Below, piece after piece: positions 37,761 through 51,451 of a DNA stretch of 64,000 nt. The translations under genes and the position numbers were made by a program. Source of the stretch: Hypanus sabinus (lineage: Eukaryota). Below the pieces are notes generated by a model, which saw only the letters and a list, made by a program, of their open reading frames with translations, ran no database searches and was not told where the DNA came from. Positions within the stretch are counted from its first letter, which is position 1. Each line of letters begins with the position of its first letter. The stretch covers positions 146,444,001-146,508,000 of the forward strand of contig NC_082715.1 of the NCBI RefSeq assembly GCF_030144855.1, in the 5' to 3' direction.

Positions 37761-39540
37761 GAAGGGTCTCGGCTCGAAACGTTGACTGCTCGTTTCCACG
37801 GATGCTGCCCGACCTGCTGACACCTCCAGTACGTGTTGATTTGACCACAGCATCTGCAGTGTACTTTTGTGTTGTCTACATTTATGTTTTGTCCCCTGCC
37901 TGTATGTCCTCACCAACTCAGAACACATTGCATCATGCCCTTGTCCTTCTACCCTGATCTCTGCACTTACATTCTGATTCTCACCGCCCTGCCAAACGAC
38001 AAACGTTTGGAGCTTAAACGCTCCCCAACAGCTGTAGCTAACCTGCCCGCCAGGATATCGGTCGCTTTCCAGTTCAGGACCGTCCTTTGGTACAGGTCAG
38101 ACGTTCCCCAGAAGAGATCACAATACGATGTCAATAATATTGAAAGAGTGCAGAGAAAATTTACAAGAATTTTACTGACACTGAACCTGAATTATAGGGA
38201 GAGCTCCAATAGGTTTTGACTCCATTAGCTGCAGCAAAGGAGAATGATTGGTGATTTGATGGAGATATACAAAATTATGAGATGTATAGACAATATAAAT
38301 GCAAGCTGGGCTTTTCCACTAAAATTGCGTGAAATTAGAACTAGAGATCATGGATTAAAGATGAAATGATTAAATGAAGCATGAGGGGAGAGTCTTTACT
38401 CGGGCTGTAGTGGGAGTATGGAACGAGGTGCAGGCGAAAGGATTGGGTGCGGGTTCCATTTCAACATTCATGAGCAATATAGATAGGCACATGGATGGGA
38501 GAGTATGGAGAACAGCGCCCTGGTGACTAGTCCGCGTAATAGTTCAGCTAGATCTGCTGAAGAGCCTGCTTCTGTGCAGTAGTGATCTATAATAGTATCT
38601 ATAAGTTTCGGAAGCTTTAAAGTACTGGCTGTAATAGTTTCAATTTGGGTTCCGGTGGGCATGAACAGTTCATGTATTTCACTGGAATTCCGAACGAAAC
38701 AACTGGTAACCACGGTTATTTTTAAAAAATATTAAAATGCCGCTTCGGTTTGAATCATTTTGAAACTGTGATTTTAATAATAAAGATCTAACATAAAATG
38801 ACTATTTCAGCAAGTTCAAGTTGTGGACATGCTAAGGAATAACAATAGGAGGAGGCTGACCAGATCTCCGGTCTCCGGGTTCTGTCATGTCTCGACTCCC
38901 TTGAATCTCTTAAAGATCTTTCGATCTCAATCTACTTGGTCATCGATAAAATTTATGAGAAAACTAAGGATTAAAAGTGCATCGAGAGAAGAATGATATC
39001 TTTTTTTTCAGTCCTCAATACCCAAGCCTATTATCCGAACACTGCAACTTTCAGCTTCCACAGAAAATAAGCAGGACTCGGCTCCGAATTTAACTTGCCT
39101 GCTCACAAAAATTTTAGATGTTTCAATTACACTACCTCCTTTTCATCTGAATGCCATAGAAAATAGGCCCAATACATTCGTTCACATAAACTCGCACTTA
39201 TTCTGGAAGCAAAATCTGCTGTACTTCACGCAATATGCGGATCGTTCCAGACCCACCAAATTCGCCACTTCTATATTTATCAATAGGCTCGGTTGAATGT
39301 GTTCCTTCATGACAAATGACTGTGTGTCTGTGTGTACACGTGTGTGCATTTTCATGGCTCTTTCTTTTACATCAGGGCAATATCATTAAAGAGAGATTTA
39401 AAATATATTTCTGCTTCATTTGGAACTCGAAAGAAAAGTCATGAAAACATGTTGCATATCAGACTGGATCGTTAATGTTATTGGGTAGCTGTGGTCGAAA
39501 TTATCAGCAATTTGGCAAGAACCAAGAATGCAACCTTCAG

Positions 39541-40168
39541 GTGTGGCCTTTTACATATTGGTGAAACCCGACGGAGACTGGGAGACCGTTTCGCTGAACA
39601 CTTACGCTCGGTCCGCCAGAAAAAGCAGGATCTCCCAGTGGCCACATATTTTAATTCCACGTCGCATTCCCATGCTGATTTGTCTATCCATAGCCTCCTC
39701 TATTGTCAAAATGAATCCAAACTCAGGTTGGAGGAACAATATCTTATATACCTGCTCGGTAGCCTCCAAACTGATGGCATGAACATTGAATTCTCTAACT
39801 TCCGTTAAAGTCCCTCCTCCCCTCCTTATCCCATCCCTGGCATATTTAGTGGTTTGCCTGTTCTCCTTCCCCCTCTGGTGCTCCCCCCTCCTTTCTTTCT
39901 CCTGAGGCCTCCCGACCCGTGATTCTTTCCCTTCACCAACTCTGTATCACTTTCGCCAATCACTTTTCCAGCTCTTGGCTTCATCCCACCCCCTCCGGTC
40001 TTCTCCTGTCATTTCGCATTCTCCCCTCTCCCCACAACTTTCAAATCTCTTACTATCTTTCCTTTCGGTTAGTCCTGACGGAGGGTCTTGGCCCGAATCG
40101 TCGACAGCCCTTCTCCCCATAGATGCTGCCTGGCCTGCTGTGTTCCACCAGCATATTTGTGTGTGTTG
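39541..40168 (+). mobile_element. Penelope-like element (ortholog of 8097-8722)
   Basis: ORF 39491-39808 gives HIGETRRRLGDRFAEHLRSVR..RLEEQYLIYLLGSLQTDGMNIEF; TSD at 39528-39540 and 40169-40181. Confidence 0.88.
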
Positions 40169-40416
40169 ATGCAATCTTCAGATTACAGTTATTTGATGAA
40201 CATCTGGGAATGACTTTAACTGAGACTAATTAGCATTGGAGTTTGAATTAAGAATTATACTCATTTAATAGAATGGCATTTAAAACTGACGAAATTTAAA
40301 TGACGATTCTGAACGCAAATAATGAACTGCAAAAGAAAAATGTTTTAAAGCTATTTTAATGAAGGAAAAAACGGATAAAATAAGCTATTCATGTTTATTA
40401 AGTTTGAAATATAGTT

Positions 40417-40739
40417 TTAGATACAGCTGGATCTCTCGATCGTTGCTACAAACGGGTTTGCTAGAGCCTCGTGTTTAACCACGCAGGAGTAACGCTCGTG
40501 TGAGCTCCATTCTGAGGCTGGCAGAGTCAGGTAACTGCTCACACTGAACGTGTTGTCCGTGTCCTGAAGAACAGGGCTCGTCTCAACGCCATCGCTTTTC
40601 GTACGTCTGTCCACAGTCCACTCAATGCCCACAGCTCCCGGATTAAAACGGCTCACCAAACACACCAGTGTGGCTGTACCCTTTCCCGTGATTTCTTCCG
40701 CTGAAGGCCGGAGGAGAGCGACTGCTGGGCTCCGAGGAT
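40417..40739 (-). CDS. Ig light chain constant exon, cluster U3
   Basis: 323 nt with an intact acceptor; (N)PRSPAVALLRPSAEEITGKGTATLVCLVSRF..YSCVVKHEAL..SSCI*. AATAAA at 40394-40399. Confidence 0.97.
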
Positions 40740-43700
40740 CTGTTTAAAACAAGGTGACAGTTTAGTATAGGTTGAGTAACTGTTTCTGTTAAAACATCTT
40801 TTTTGTTTAAAATGCATTTGGTATTTCATGTATTCCTTCATCTTAATGAACAGCTATTTATTTTCCATTTTCCCATTTCAATCTGTTAAATTAGACGTGA
40901 AAAAATTACCGCCTAAAATCTCCCGTAATATTTGTTTTTTGTGACGCTGGGGCACAATATGTATAGTGGCATAAAATGAATGATTTCGGCACGGGCTTTA
41001 ACCAGCATTGAATGAATGAATGAATGAATGAATGTAATTAATTTATTTAAACATAACAAAAAGCATCATTTACAACGATGATTTCATAGGACAAAATTAC
41101 AACAAAAAACATAGATATTCTTTAAAACAGACCGAAAGGGTACAGCTCATTACGCCTACCCCTTTCTTACTTACACAACAACATATTTGGCGTCAATCAT
41201 CACATCATAAAAATCATAATCTTTTGACACAAAATCCAATTCCAAATATCATATATTTATATTCCTCCTATTCATTTAAAATCATGTATTTTATATTTGT
41301 TCATTAAATAATTTTAAATTTTTAAAAAACTTTTTAAGTGTAGTGCAAATTTTAAATTCTTACTACAACTGTTCCATAGATTCAACCCTCTGACTGAAAT
41401 ACAATGATTTTTTACATTTGTTCTTATCTTTTCATTTTGATATATACATGTTCATCGCAAATCATGTTGACTTTCTCGCATTTTAGACAACCTTTGGATA
41501 CTTTGTGGTAGTTGTCCATTGGATTCAGGTTGAATAAAAATCTGAGGTTATACCTGACTGCTAATTGTGACTTCCACTGGGACCTAAGCTTCCACCGTTT
41601 CTACTTCTACCTTAGACACCTTCACTTCATTCAAATCTTCAGTCATCGAGACAAGAGGCAAAAGTCTAATACATATTTTGCTTAAAATCGGGGATTAGTA
41701 CATGGGTCTCTCAACCTTTTTTATGTCGTGGACACCTACTGTTAGCAGAGGGATGTGTAGACCTGAGACTGGGAACCCCTTGAATAGTGTAATTAATTCA
41801 TCTTAGCCATCAGAATACAGAGTTCACTTTGCGCAATATAGAATTACAGCCTGCCTGTATAGTAAATCACTTTTGGACAGTATAACATACATGTTGAAAG
41901 TTACACGGTTTGTTTCTGAAATATTATTTTTCCACTTAAAGTAACTAATTCAAATCTGTTTTGTGGAGTGTAGCGGATCTTTCTCCTTACACTCACCACT
42001 GACGAAACCACTTTCTTACAATATTCACTACCTAGGTGGTAAAGAGAGGGAATACAACTGTGTTCATGTAATATGGTTCAGAACTACCGCTCAAAGTGGT
42101 TTACTTTCACATTTTAAGTAATTTCTCGTGCAAAGTTGAAAATCTCGCTGTTCTGTGGTTCCATTTTTAGTGTAATGACAACTTTAATGATAGATTAATT
42201 TAACTGATTTACTTCCCGTTATGCCGCTGTCGTTCAGGGCAGTAATACTGATCCTCAATTTATGTCTACAGAAGGAGTCGCCCACAGATAGAGAGGGATG
42301 TTTCATTGCTAATTCCTTAACAATCTTTGACCTGCCAGGTTTGTTATCCCTGAGATGAACCCCCGAAGCTGGATGGCGAAAGGAGCACTCTTAGTCTTGC
42401 CTCTACCCTTTGACCTGCTCGGCATGGTAGACACCATCAAAAACCAAAGCTAAAGACCATAATACTCGCCGACATAGCACTCCGGGTCAATCAGCCACTT
42501 ATGTCTTCAAACCCTACGATAAGGTGGTCCTCTTGGAAATTGAGTTCCACATGGTGACCGAAGTGCATCATGATTTTAAATTGCCAAATTTCAGTATCAG
42601 AATTGGCAGAAAAGTCTGTCTGTCATGTTTGGACATATTGACGTTCCAAAGTAAGAGAGAAATAATACCAACAGTTGAAAAGATATAATACTAAAAGGTG
42701 TTTGCTAATAGCCATACAACCATATAACAATTTCAGCATGGAAACAGGTCATCTCAGCCTTTCTAGTCCTTGCTCTCACCTCGTCCCACCTACCTGCACT
42801 CAGCCTATAAACCTCCATTCCTTTCCTGTCTATATACCTATCCAACTTTTTTTTAAATGACAAAATGGAACCTGCCTCTACCACTTCTACTGGGAGCTTG
42901 TTCAACACAGTTACCACTCTCTGAGTTACCACTCTCTCTTGTTACTCCTAAATTTTTGCCCCTTAACTCTTAACTCATGTCCTCTTGTTTGAAACGCCCA
43001 TACTCACAATGGAAAGAACTTATCCACGTCAAGTCTATCTGTCCCACTGATAATTTTAAATACCTCTATCAAGTCCTCCCTCAACCTTCTACACTCCAAA
43101 TAATAAAGACCAACTTGTTCAACCTTAATCTGTAACTTCGGTGCTGAAACCCAGGTAACATTCTAGTAAATCTGCTCCGTACTCTCTCTATTTTGTTGAT
43201 ATCTTTACTATAATTCGGTGACCCCAGAACTGTACACAACACTCCAAATTTGGCCACTCCAATGCCTTGTACAATTTTAACATTATATCCCAACTCCTAT
43301 ACTCAATGCTCTGATTTATAAAGGCCAGCATACCAAAAGCAATAAAGATTGAGAATTTCCATTCTAATATCTGCGAGCCACTCTTCGAAGCCCGTTCTGG
43401 TCTTAAATGGTGCAAATTTGTTTCAGGTTCCATTCAGATTCAAATTTAACTCTGTACAACAATACACTGAAGGTTGGTTTTAAAATCCCTTGGCGGTTTA
43501 ATATAAACATTTAACGGCTCAAACTGGAGACGAAGAAAATATATAAAATAAAACAATGATTAATCGAGTCGTCTCTGTGACATCTCAATGAGTTTCCCTG
43601 TAATTGATAGACTAATTGATCCGTTGTTTTTGATATTCTGTTTCTTTGATTAACTTAAGAATTTGCATTAACTGCCTTGTTCATCATTATCCATGTCTCC

Positions 43701-44329
43701 GATTGCAAATATGGTACCAGTTTGTTATTTTTTCGAAAAATGTAAAGTGACACACGAACAACTTGACCAAGGTGGCGAATGATTTTTAAAAATTCATATT
43801 TTCAGCGTGTCGGAGATAACTAGATACTGAGGAATATTTCAGAAAGATTCTAGCTTATTGCTTTGGAACCAATTGCCTTCATCATCTATCTTTCTTCGTC
43901 TATGCAAGTTTGTGATTTTTAAGGAACACTCCAGGGTCCATTGATCAGTAGCTAGCAGATAGAATAGCGTTCTGACGGGCATCAGCCCAAAATGGTGTCA
44001 TCAGCAAAGGTGCACCCACCAAATGAAGCAATTAAAATTCGGGAATTTAGGATTATACTTATCTACTAACGATAGAAATAATTCTGCACCTGGTTTAGCA
44101 ATTAGCATTTCGGCTTCCACAAAGCCAGCTAAAACTAAAGAAACAACAGAGCGGCATTTGGCGGTTCGGCCGCGCGAGTTCAATTAAATTATCAAAGGAC
44201 CGTTACTCGTGGCTGGATATTTGAAAAGATCCACCATTTGTTTCGAATCCACCCTTAGACGACACAGTTTTAATTATTGTTCACGTAAGTACCAAAAGGC
44301 CAATCGTATTGATTTGATATTTTACTTAC

Positions 44330-44674
44330 TGCCAACTCCCAGCCTCGTTCCTTTCCCGAAGATTAAAGCATTTTTCCAGACAGCACAGTAATAGTCTGCC
44401 GCATCCTCCGACTGGACGCTCGATATTGTCAATGTTGCCGTGTTGCCGGATATTGAGCCGCCGAAACGGTTCGGAACTCCGGAGCCTCTGTTAATGCTGC
44501 TCCCCGAATAATAGTAGAACAGATACCGAGGAACTTTTCCGGGAATCTGCTGGAACCAGGAAACATAGCTACTTCCTAAAGAGGTTCCAGACAAGGTGCA
44601 GGGTATTTGGACGGTCTGCCCCAGAGATGTGGATTTCGAAGGTGATTGATTCATTGTAACTTCCGCGTTGATAT
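44330..44674 (-). CDS. Germline-joined VJ exon, cluster U3
   Basis: 345 nt; ..[44 protein letters not shown]. Donor GTAAGT at 44329-44324; no RSS. Confidence 0.97.
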
Positions 44675-44798
44675 CTGGAAACGTTCAGAGGGAAGAAACA
44701 ACGTACAGAGATTAATATTCGAGTAATACCAGAAGTGCGAGAAGAATATCATTGAATAGTATTCGAGATTCAATATAATATCCATAGAAAATACTCAC

Positions 44799-44847
44799 AA
44801 ATTGCAGTGCACACCAGCGTGCTGACCACACGGACCCAGCAAGACAT
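44799..44847 (-). CDS. Leader exon, cluster U3
   Basis: MSCWVRVVSTLVCTAI+T|GTGAGT, followed by a 124-nt intron. Confidence 0.93.
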
Positions 44848-44956
44848 TGTAATTAATTGAGTGACGCTCACAGAAGGTGCGGCGGTTAAGTGGCGTCTGA
44901 AATTTTCAGCTCGCTTTTGAATCCTGTGACAAGCTGGTACTGCGTGTTGTCTATTT

Positions 44957-44966
44957 ATGCAAATCA
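44957..44966 (-). promoter_or_regulatory. IgL promoter octamer/decamer TGATTTGCAT (U3)
   Basis: 110 nt upstream of the ATG, as in U2. Confidence 0.9.
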
Positions 44967-47900
44967 GTTCAAACAGAATGGCACATTGACACCAATCACA
45001 AGTTGCCAATGTTTCCTGTGTCAAAATAATATCAGGCTCTGAGCCAGATGAGCATTTGGTTTCGAGTTCTGTATTTCGCCAAAGTATTTCATATTAATAA
45101 TTTGTACTCTTTTCCATTCAGTTGCACACTATATTGAAAATACGCGATGCTTGCAACCTTATTAAAGATGGTTTGTCCGAGATTTTCGAAAACAATAGAT
45201 AAAGAAAAAACAATATTGGCAATTATTAACAGATCTGTAGGATTGATAATAATGTCTAAGCCAGTTGTCTGTATGTTTTTAGAAAACTCCCTGCCAAACA
45301 GATGTAAAGGGTTTACAATGATTTTGGAAAGCCTGTTTTCTAGCAGCACTCCAATTACTGAAGATATTCAGAAGGAAAATTGAGAAATGTAAATTGAAAA
45401 AGGTATTGAATCGACCAGAGAGATTATTGCGTGCTTTGAATAAATAAAAGTGAATCAATTGATTTAGCTCATGCAGAGTGTTGTAGACTATAAATTCTGC
45501 CAACCTTAGGTCAATATAGGGAATTATATTCATATGTAAGCACAGGGTTCTTAACCCATATAGTGTACTGTATACAGTGTGTGGCGGGGTTAAGATACGT
45601 CTTAACCAAAGGTGGTGTGAGGCACTCCATCACGGTGCCAGACCGCAGGTCACCTTAAGGTAATGCGTCGCACCTGCGTAGCCCCACGATCTGTGTCACA
45701 TGTACGAGGGGAGCAGGCGGTGAATGGTCGAATGAGAAGCTGGTGCATGCCAGAAGTCCTGGTTTGTCCCCAGTCACACCAGGCAGACAATATGTGAAGA
45801 GTATTAGCAATGGCTGTGTTTACCCGACACTGCCAAGGAGAAGGCAATGGTAAACCACTTCTGTTACGAAGAACAATCATGTCATGAATAATACCATTAT
45901 CGCCCACGTCATACAGCACAGCATATAATGCTAATGATGTGTTTATATGAATGAAGCAGACAATCTGGAAGAGAATGCTATATTTTTATTGACCTCACCG
46001 TTCAGGCAGAAGTAGTTAACAGCGAAATAATTCTGAGGTCTTAATAACAGTGCAGCCATCGAACATAGCAAACTTACAAACTATATGTTTGGGACATCAG
46101 GAGCTATTCGCAGGATAATGAGTTTTAGATCAGGTATTTAAGCCATTAGTGATGTTATTCTATTTTAAAGGTTTTCCTTATTTCTGAAAGAATATCAGAA
46201 CAAACCCTACAGTTTTATGTCATTTTCAATTAAAAAAAGAGAGGATTTTTAACAGAATGAAATTGAAAGGAATAGTTAGAATAGTTTATGCCTGGCATGC
46301 TCAGCTCCTCCAGAAATTTGGTTGCTTGTTACTCTACATAGAACGGGGGAGCGAATCAGGGATACGGGATATCTCTTAATCCTGCCGGACCGGAGGGTTA
46401 GAATCTGACAACCAGCAGCTATCCAAATATCACAAAACAACACAGAATTTAAAGGACGAATTCTGAACCCAAAAAGTTCATGTCCTCTTTGCAACAGGTT
46501 TTTACATAAGTAAGCGAGTCAGTGAGCTGATTCTATCAATAGATTAGTGGCAGAACTCTTTCGGAATAATATACAGAATCGCCATCACGTGTCCGTTAAT
46601 GCCAAAGAGAAAACCAGTGAGATTTGTTGCTTGCAGCTTAAATCCATCTATATGCACATTAACAAAATACCGAATGAGATTAACTTGAAAGCAACCACTG
46701 CATTTAAACCTTCAGCACACAACTCGAATGGAAATAAGTATCTCGTTGTTCCCAAATGGAGCGAACAATTGCAAGTCTTCTGTCATGTATTGGACTAATG
46801 AACAACAGAAACGACCGTTTCCACATAGATTGCTGTGGTACAGTTGTCCTAAACCCTACGAACATGGAAAAAATCATGCATGATACCTGTTAAAGTAACA
46901 TTAATCAAAATAGCCTGAAGGAACATTTTAATGATTTGAATTAAGCTACATTTATATTTGCAGCAAACAACCTACAGTTATCTTGAAAGGGTAAATTACT
47001 GGATTCGGGCTATTATTTGGAGACATTAACAGCTGCATAGGGTTGCATGGCTGAAACATCCCTCCTCACCTTTATATAATCGATGCAGCACGTTTCAGGT
47101 TATTTTCCCAATCTCTAACCTAACCCCCGCTGCTTCTGAACTGGACGTATTTGAGAGTTAAGTGGAGGGAAATTTAGTTTGCCTCTGATTCTTGAGGTAC
47201 TTTTCTGTGGATGTTTCGTGGCGCACGGAATATGTTAGTGCACGTATTGTGTACAGAGTAAAGCAACACACACAAAATTCTGGTGGAACACAGCAGGACA
47301 GGCAGCATCTATAGGGAGAAGTGCAGTCAACGTTTCGGGCCGAGACCCTTCGTTGCTTTAATTTCCAGCATCTGCAGATTTCCTCGTGTTTGCGTTTTCA
47401 GGTACAGTCTAAATCTCTTTTACTGTCCCAAATTATTATCGCCTCGAGTTTATGATAGTAAAATTCATTACTGTACAATTTCCTTTCGAAGACTCCAAAG
47501 ATACGAGTATGGTGAGTTAGAAACAAATTAATTTCACTTACAGTATCGGGATAATTACTGGAACGGCCAGGACAACATAAGGTAGATAGAAAGAAAAGCT
47601 ACTACACTGCCCGTCAGTGAGTAACAATCTTCAACAGACAATGAGAATTCTGCAGTAGCATCCTACCCTAAAACTAAATGCAGAATTTAGTTAAAGAGCT
47701 CCATTATTTCTATTCTAGCATCAGAATGGACTTCCTCTAGGGAAATGAGACTTGGCAAGCGACTGATGGGGGTAGTTTGGAGCCAGTCACCTTAATTCCA
47801 TGAGACTTTAAAGGAGTTTTCGAAAGGAAACAGGGTTAGGTCTCAAGTTAAAGGCCTAAATTGGGGCAAAGTAAAATTTGATAGGATTAGACCGGATCTC

Positions 47901-48680
47901 CGAAAGATCAATTCGGAGAAGCCGTTGGCAGGCATAGTGAAGTTTGGCAAGTCAGAAGCTTTTGAAAATGAGATACAGAAAATTCAGGGCAAATATGTTC
48001 CTGTCAACGTGAACGCAAGCTAGGTAGGATTCAGGACAGTCTCTTGACCGACGGAAGGAGATTGATGTCCGCTGAAGTGAAACGAATAACCAGCTGGGAT
48101 GTAGCAAAACCTGTTAGGAAAATAAGGACATCTGGATTCCAGTTACTAAAGAAATCAGTAGCGAAAAGGGACATAAAGACATTCTTGGCAGATCGGTTGA
48201 CCTAAGAGATTCTTTAAATATATAAAGAACAAAAAGGCAGCTGGGGAGAGAAGAGATCCACTTAAGAATTAATTTGATCGTCGAGACAAAGGAGGATCTA
48301 AATGAATATCTCTACTCTTCTTAGAATAGGAAAAGTCATGGAAGCTAGCAAACGCAGGGGCGAGCACAGTGATGCTCTGGAAGGTAATAATAGCATGCAC
48401 AATCACTGTTGTGGTGTTTTTGAGAAGGGTAACTGTGAAGAGCTCCCTGTATCTTTGCCATCTGTATCCGAAAACGTGCAGTAAGCTTAGATGCACTTTG
48501 CTGGGCCTTGTAGAGTCTTTTGTATCTTCGATAGCCACACGTGAGCTTACGGAAACCTAAAGGTTGGCTGTTGTTGCATCGTTATTTAAGAGAAACGTTA
48601 AGGATAAGCTACGTAATTGCAGGCTGGCGAGCCAAACATTAGTGGTGGGAAAGTTACTGCAGGTGATTCTGTGATATATA

Positions 48681-50707
48681 CAGTAGCAAGCATAAGTCTA
48701 GGCACCTCTTGTCAAAATTTCTGTTACTGTGAATAGCTAAGCGAGTAAAGCACGACCTGATTTCCAAAATGCATAAATTTAAAGGCGACACACTTCTTTA
48801 GCATTTTAAGCAAGATTACATTTTTTATTTCTATCTTTTACAGTTTCAAAATAACGAAAAAGGAAAAGGGCCAGAAGCAAACATTTGGGCACCCTGCATG
48901 TTCAGGACTTAGTAACAACCCTTTTGGCAAGTATCACAGCTTGTAAACGCTTTCTGTAGGCAACTAAGAGTCTTTCAATTCTTTGGGGGATTTTCGCCCT
49001 TTCTTCCTTGAAAAAGGCTTCTAGTTCTGTGAGATTCTTGAGCCGTCTTGCATGCATTGCTCTTTGGAGGTCTATCCACAGAGTTTCGATGATGTTCAGG
49101 TCGGGGGTCTGTGAGGGCCAAAACCTTCAGCTTGCGCCTCTTGAGGTAGTCCATTGTGGATTTTGAGGTGTGTTTAGGGCCATTATCCTGTTTTAGAAGC
49201 CATCCTCTTTTCATCGTCAGCTTTTTTGCAGTCGGTGTGATGCTTGCTTCCAGAGTTTGCTGGTATTTAATTGAACTCATTCTTCCCTCTACCAGTGAAA
49301 TGTTCCCTGGCTGGAACACAAGCCCAAAGCATGACCGATCCACTCTCGTGCTCAGCAGTTGGAGGTGCTCTTTTCATGAAATTCTGCACTTTTTTTTCTC
49401 TTTGAGGGCATCAGTTATTTTAATTAACACAGAGTTAGGCAACTGCTTAGATGAGCCCATGGCTGTTGATTGTTGGGACAAGGGGCAAGGTTTGAGGAGT
49501 CAGGGTACTTGCAAACCTTTGAAATTTGCATCACCTGGCCTTTCCTAACGAAGGTTGTGAACAGGCCATCGCCGTAACAAGCTAATTACGGTCTGAGACC
49601 TTGGTAGAAGTTATCTGAGAGCTCAAATCTCTTCGGGTGCCCAAACTTTTGCATCTTGCTCCTTTCCATTTTTTCACTCTAAAATTGTACAAAACAGAAA
49701 TAATACACTAATCTTGCTTAAAATATTGAAAAGAATGTTTCATCTTTAACTTTATAACTTTTGGAGATCAGTTCATCTTCTACTCAGTTAACTATTAACA
49801 GTCAACTCAATTAATTTGCTGGTATTGAATTGAATTCATACTTCAGTGAAATGTTCCCCGTGCCACTGGCTGCAACATAAGCCCAAAGCATGGTCGATCT
49901 ACCCCCTTGCTTAACAGTTGGTGAGGTGTTCTTTTCATGACATTCTGCACCCTTTCTTCTCCAAACATACCTTTGCTCATTGCGGCCATAAAGTTCTACT
50001 TTAATTCATAAGTCCACAGGACTTGTTTCCAAAATGCATCAGGCTTGTTTAGATGTTCCGTTGCAAACTTCTGACACTGAATTTTGTGGTGAGGACGCAG
50101 GAAAGGTTTTCTTAATCCTACGGGCAGTTCTCTCGGAAAGTTTTTTGGTCTTCCAGACCTCAACTTGACCACCACCGTTCATGTTAACTGCCATTTCTTA
50201 ATTACATTACGAACTAAGGAAACGGCTAGCTGAAAACATTTTGCTATCTTCTTGTAACCTTCTCCTGCTTTGTGGGCATCATTTATTTTAAATTTCAGAG
50301 TGCTAGGCAGCTACTTAGAGGAGCCCATGGCTGCTGATTGTTGGGACAAAGTTTGAGGAGTCAGGGTATTTATAAACCTTTGAAATTTGCATCACCTGGC
50401 CTTTCCTAACGATGATTGTGAACAAGACACAGCCGAAACAAGCTAATTACGATCTGAGATTTTGATAAAAGTTATCTGAGAGCTCAAATCTCTAGGAGTG
50501 CCCAAACTTTTGCATGGTGCTCCTTTCTTTTTTTCACTCTAAAATTGTACAAGTCAGAAATAATACTCAAATCTTGCTTAAAATGTTGAAAAGAATACTT
50601 CATCTTTAACTTTATGACTTTTCAAGATCAGTTCATCTTCTACTCACTTAACTGTTCATAGTAACAGAAATTTTGACCAGGGGTGTCCAAACCTTTGAAT
50701 AGCACTG
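48681..50707 (-). mobile_element. Tc1/mariner transposon, decayed, with an internal duplication
   Basis: TA flanks and imperfect TIRs (cagt..ggcacc..gtcaaaatttctgttact). ORF 48975-49343 gives WLLKQDNGPKHTSKSTMDYL, the Tc1 DDE region. Confidence 0.85.
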
Positions 50708-50879
50708 TATATTCGAATTGTATCTGCAACTGCGCAGCCAATTCTGGCACAGCCACGTCTCAAAAATTGCAATGTAGCCAGATAATTGCTAATTTTTTGA
50801 TTGTTCACAGTTATAAATATTGCCCAAAGCAATCATCTCTCTCTGCTGCTTCTCTTGAAAATAATGTCCTCGAAGGTAT

Positions 50880-51240
50880 TTAAGATTCTGAGGGAGATAG
50901 ATAGAGTTGACGTGGATAGGCTTTTTCCATTGAGAGTATGGGAGATTCAAACAGGAGGACATGAGTTGAGAGTTAGGGGGCAAAACTGTAGGGTAACACG
51001 AGGGGGATCTTCTTTATTCAGACAGTGGCAGCTGTGTGGAACGAGCTTCCAGTAGAAGTGGTAGAGGCACGTTCGATATCGTCAGTTAAAGTAAAATTGG
51101 ATAAGTATATGGACAGGAAAAGAATGGAGGGATATGGGCTGAGTGCAGGTCGGTGGGACTGGGTGAGAGTAAGCGTTCGGCACAGACTCGAAGGGCAGAG
51201 ATGGCCTGTTTCCGTCCTGTAATTGTTATATGGACATATG
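50880..51240 (+). mobile_element. CR1 3'-end fragment
   Basis: KILREIDRVDVDRLFPLRV..GHELRVRG..WNELPVEVVEA. Confidence 0.8.
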
Positions 51241-51451
51241 GCTATAATGTCCTGTACAGTCCATCGCACATACCTAATACCGATTGTTTAAAACGCAATC
51301 GGTACCGTTGTGCAATGTCAGTCCGTGTTTGTCACTTGTCTTCAGTGTGGGAGTTGAACCCCCAGCTTGTCATCGGAGTGGCCGCTGGTCAAGCTACCAA
51401 GTATTAAATATCTGACAAACTATTAATATGGACATTTCTTTCTCACTCCAG

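Noticed and set aside
41005-41035. (TGAA)n tract in the J-C intron (also ~9560 and ~19715)
   Set aside because: An ordinary microsatellite of variable length; it has no spacer structure (not CRISPR) and is not a switch-like repeat.
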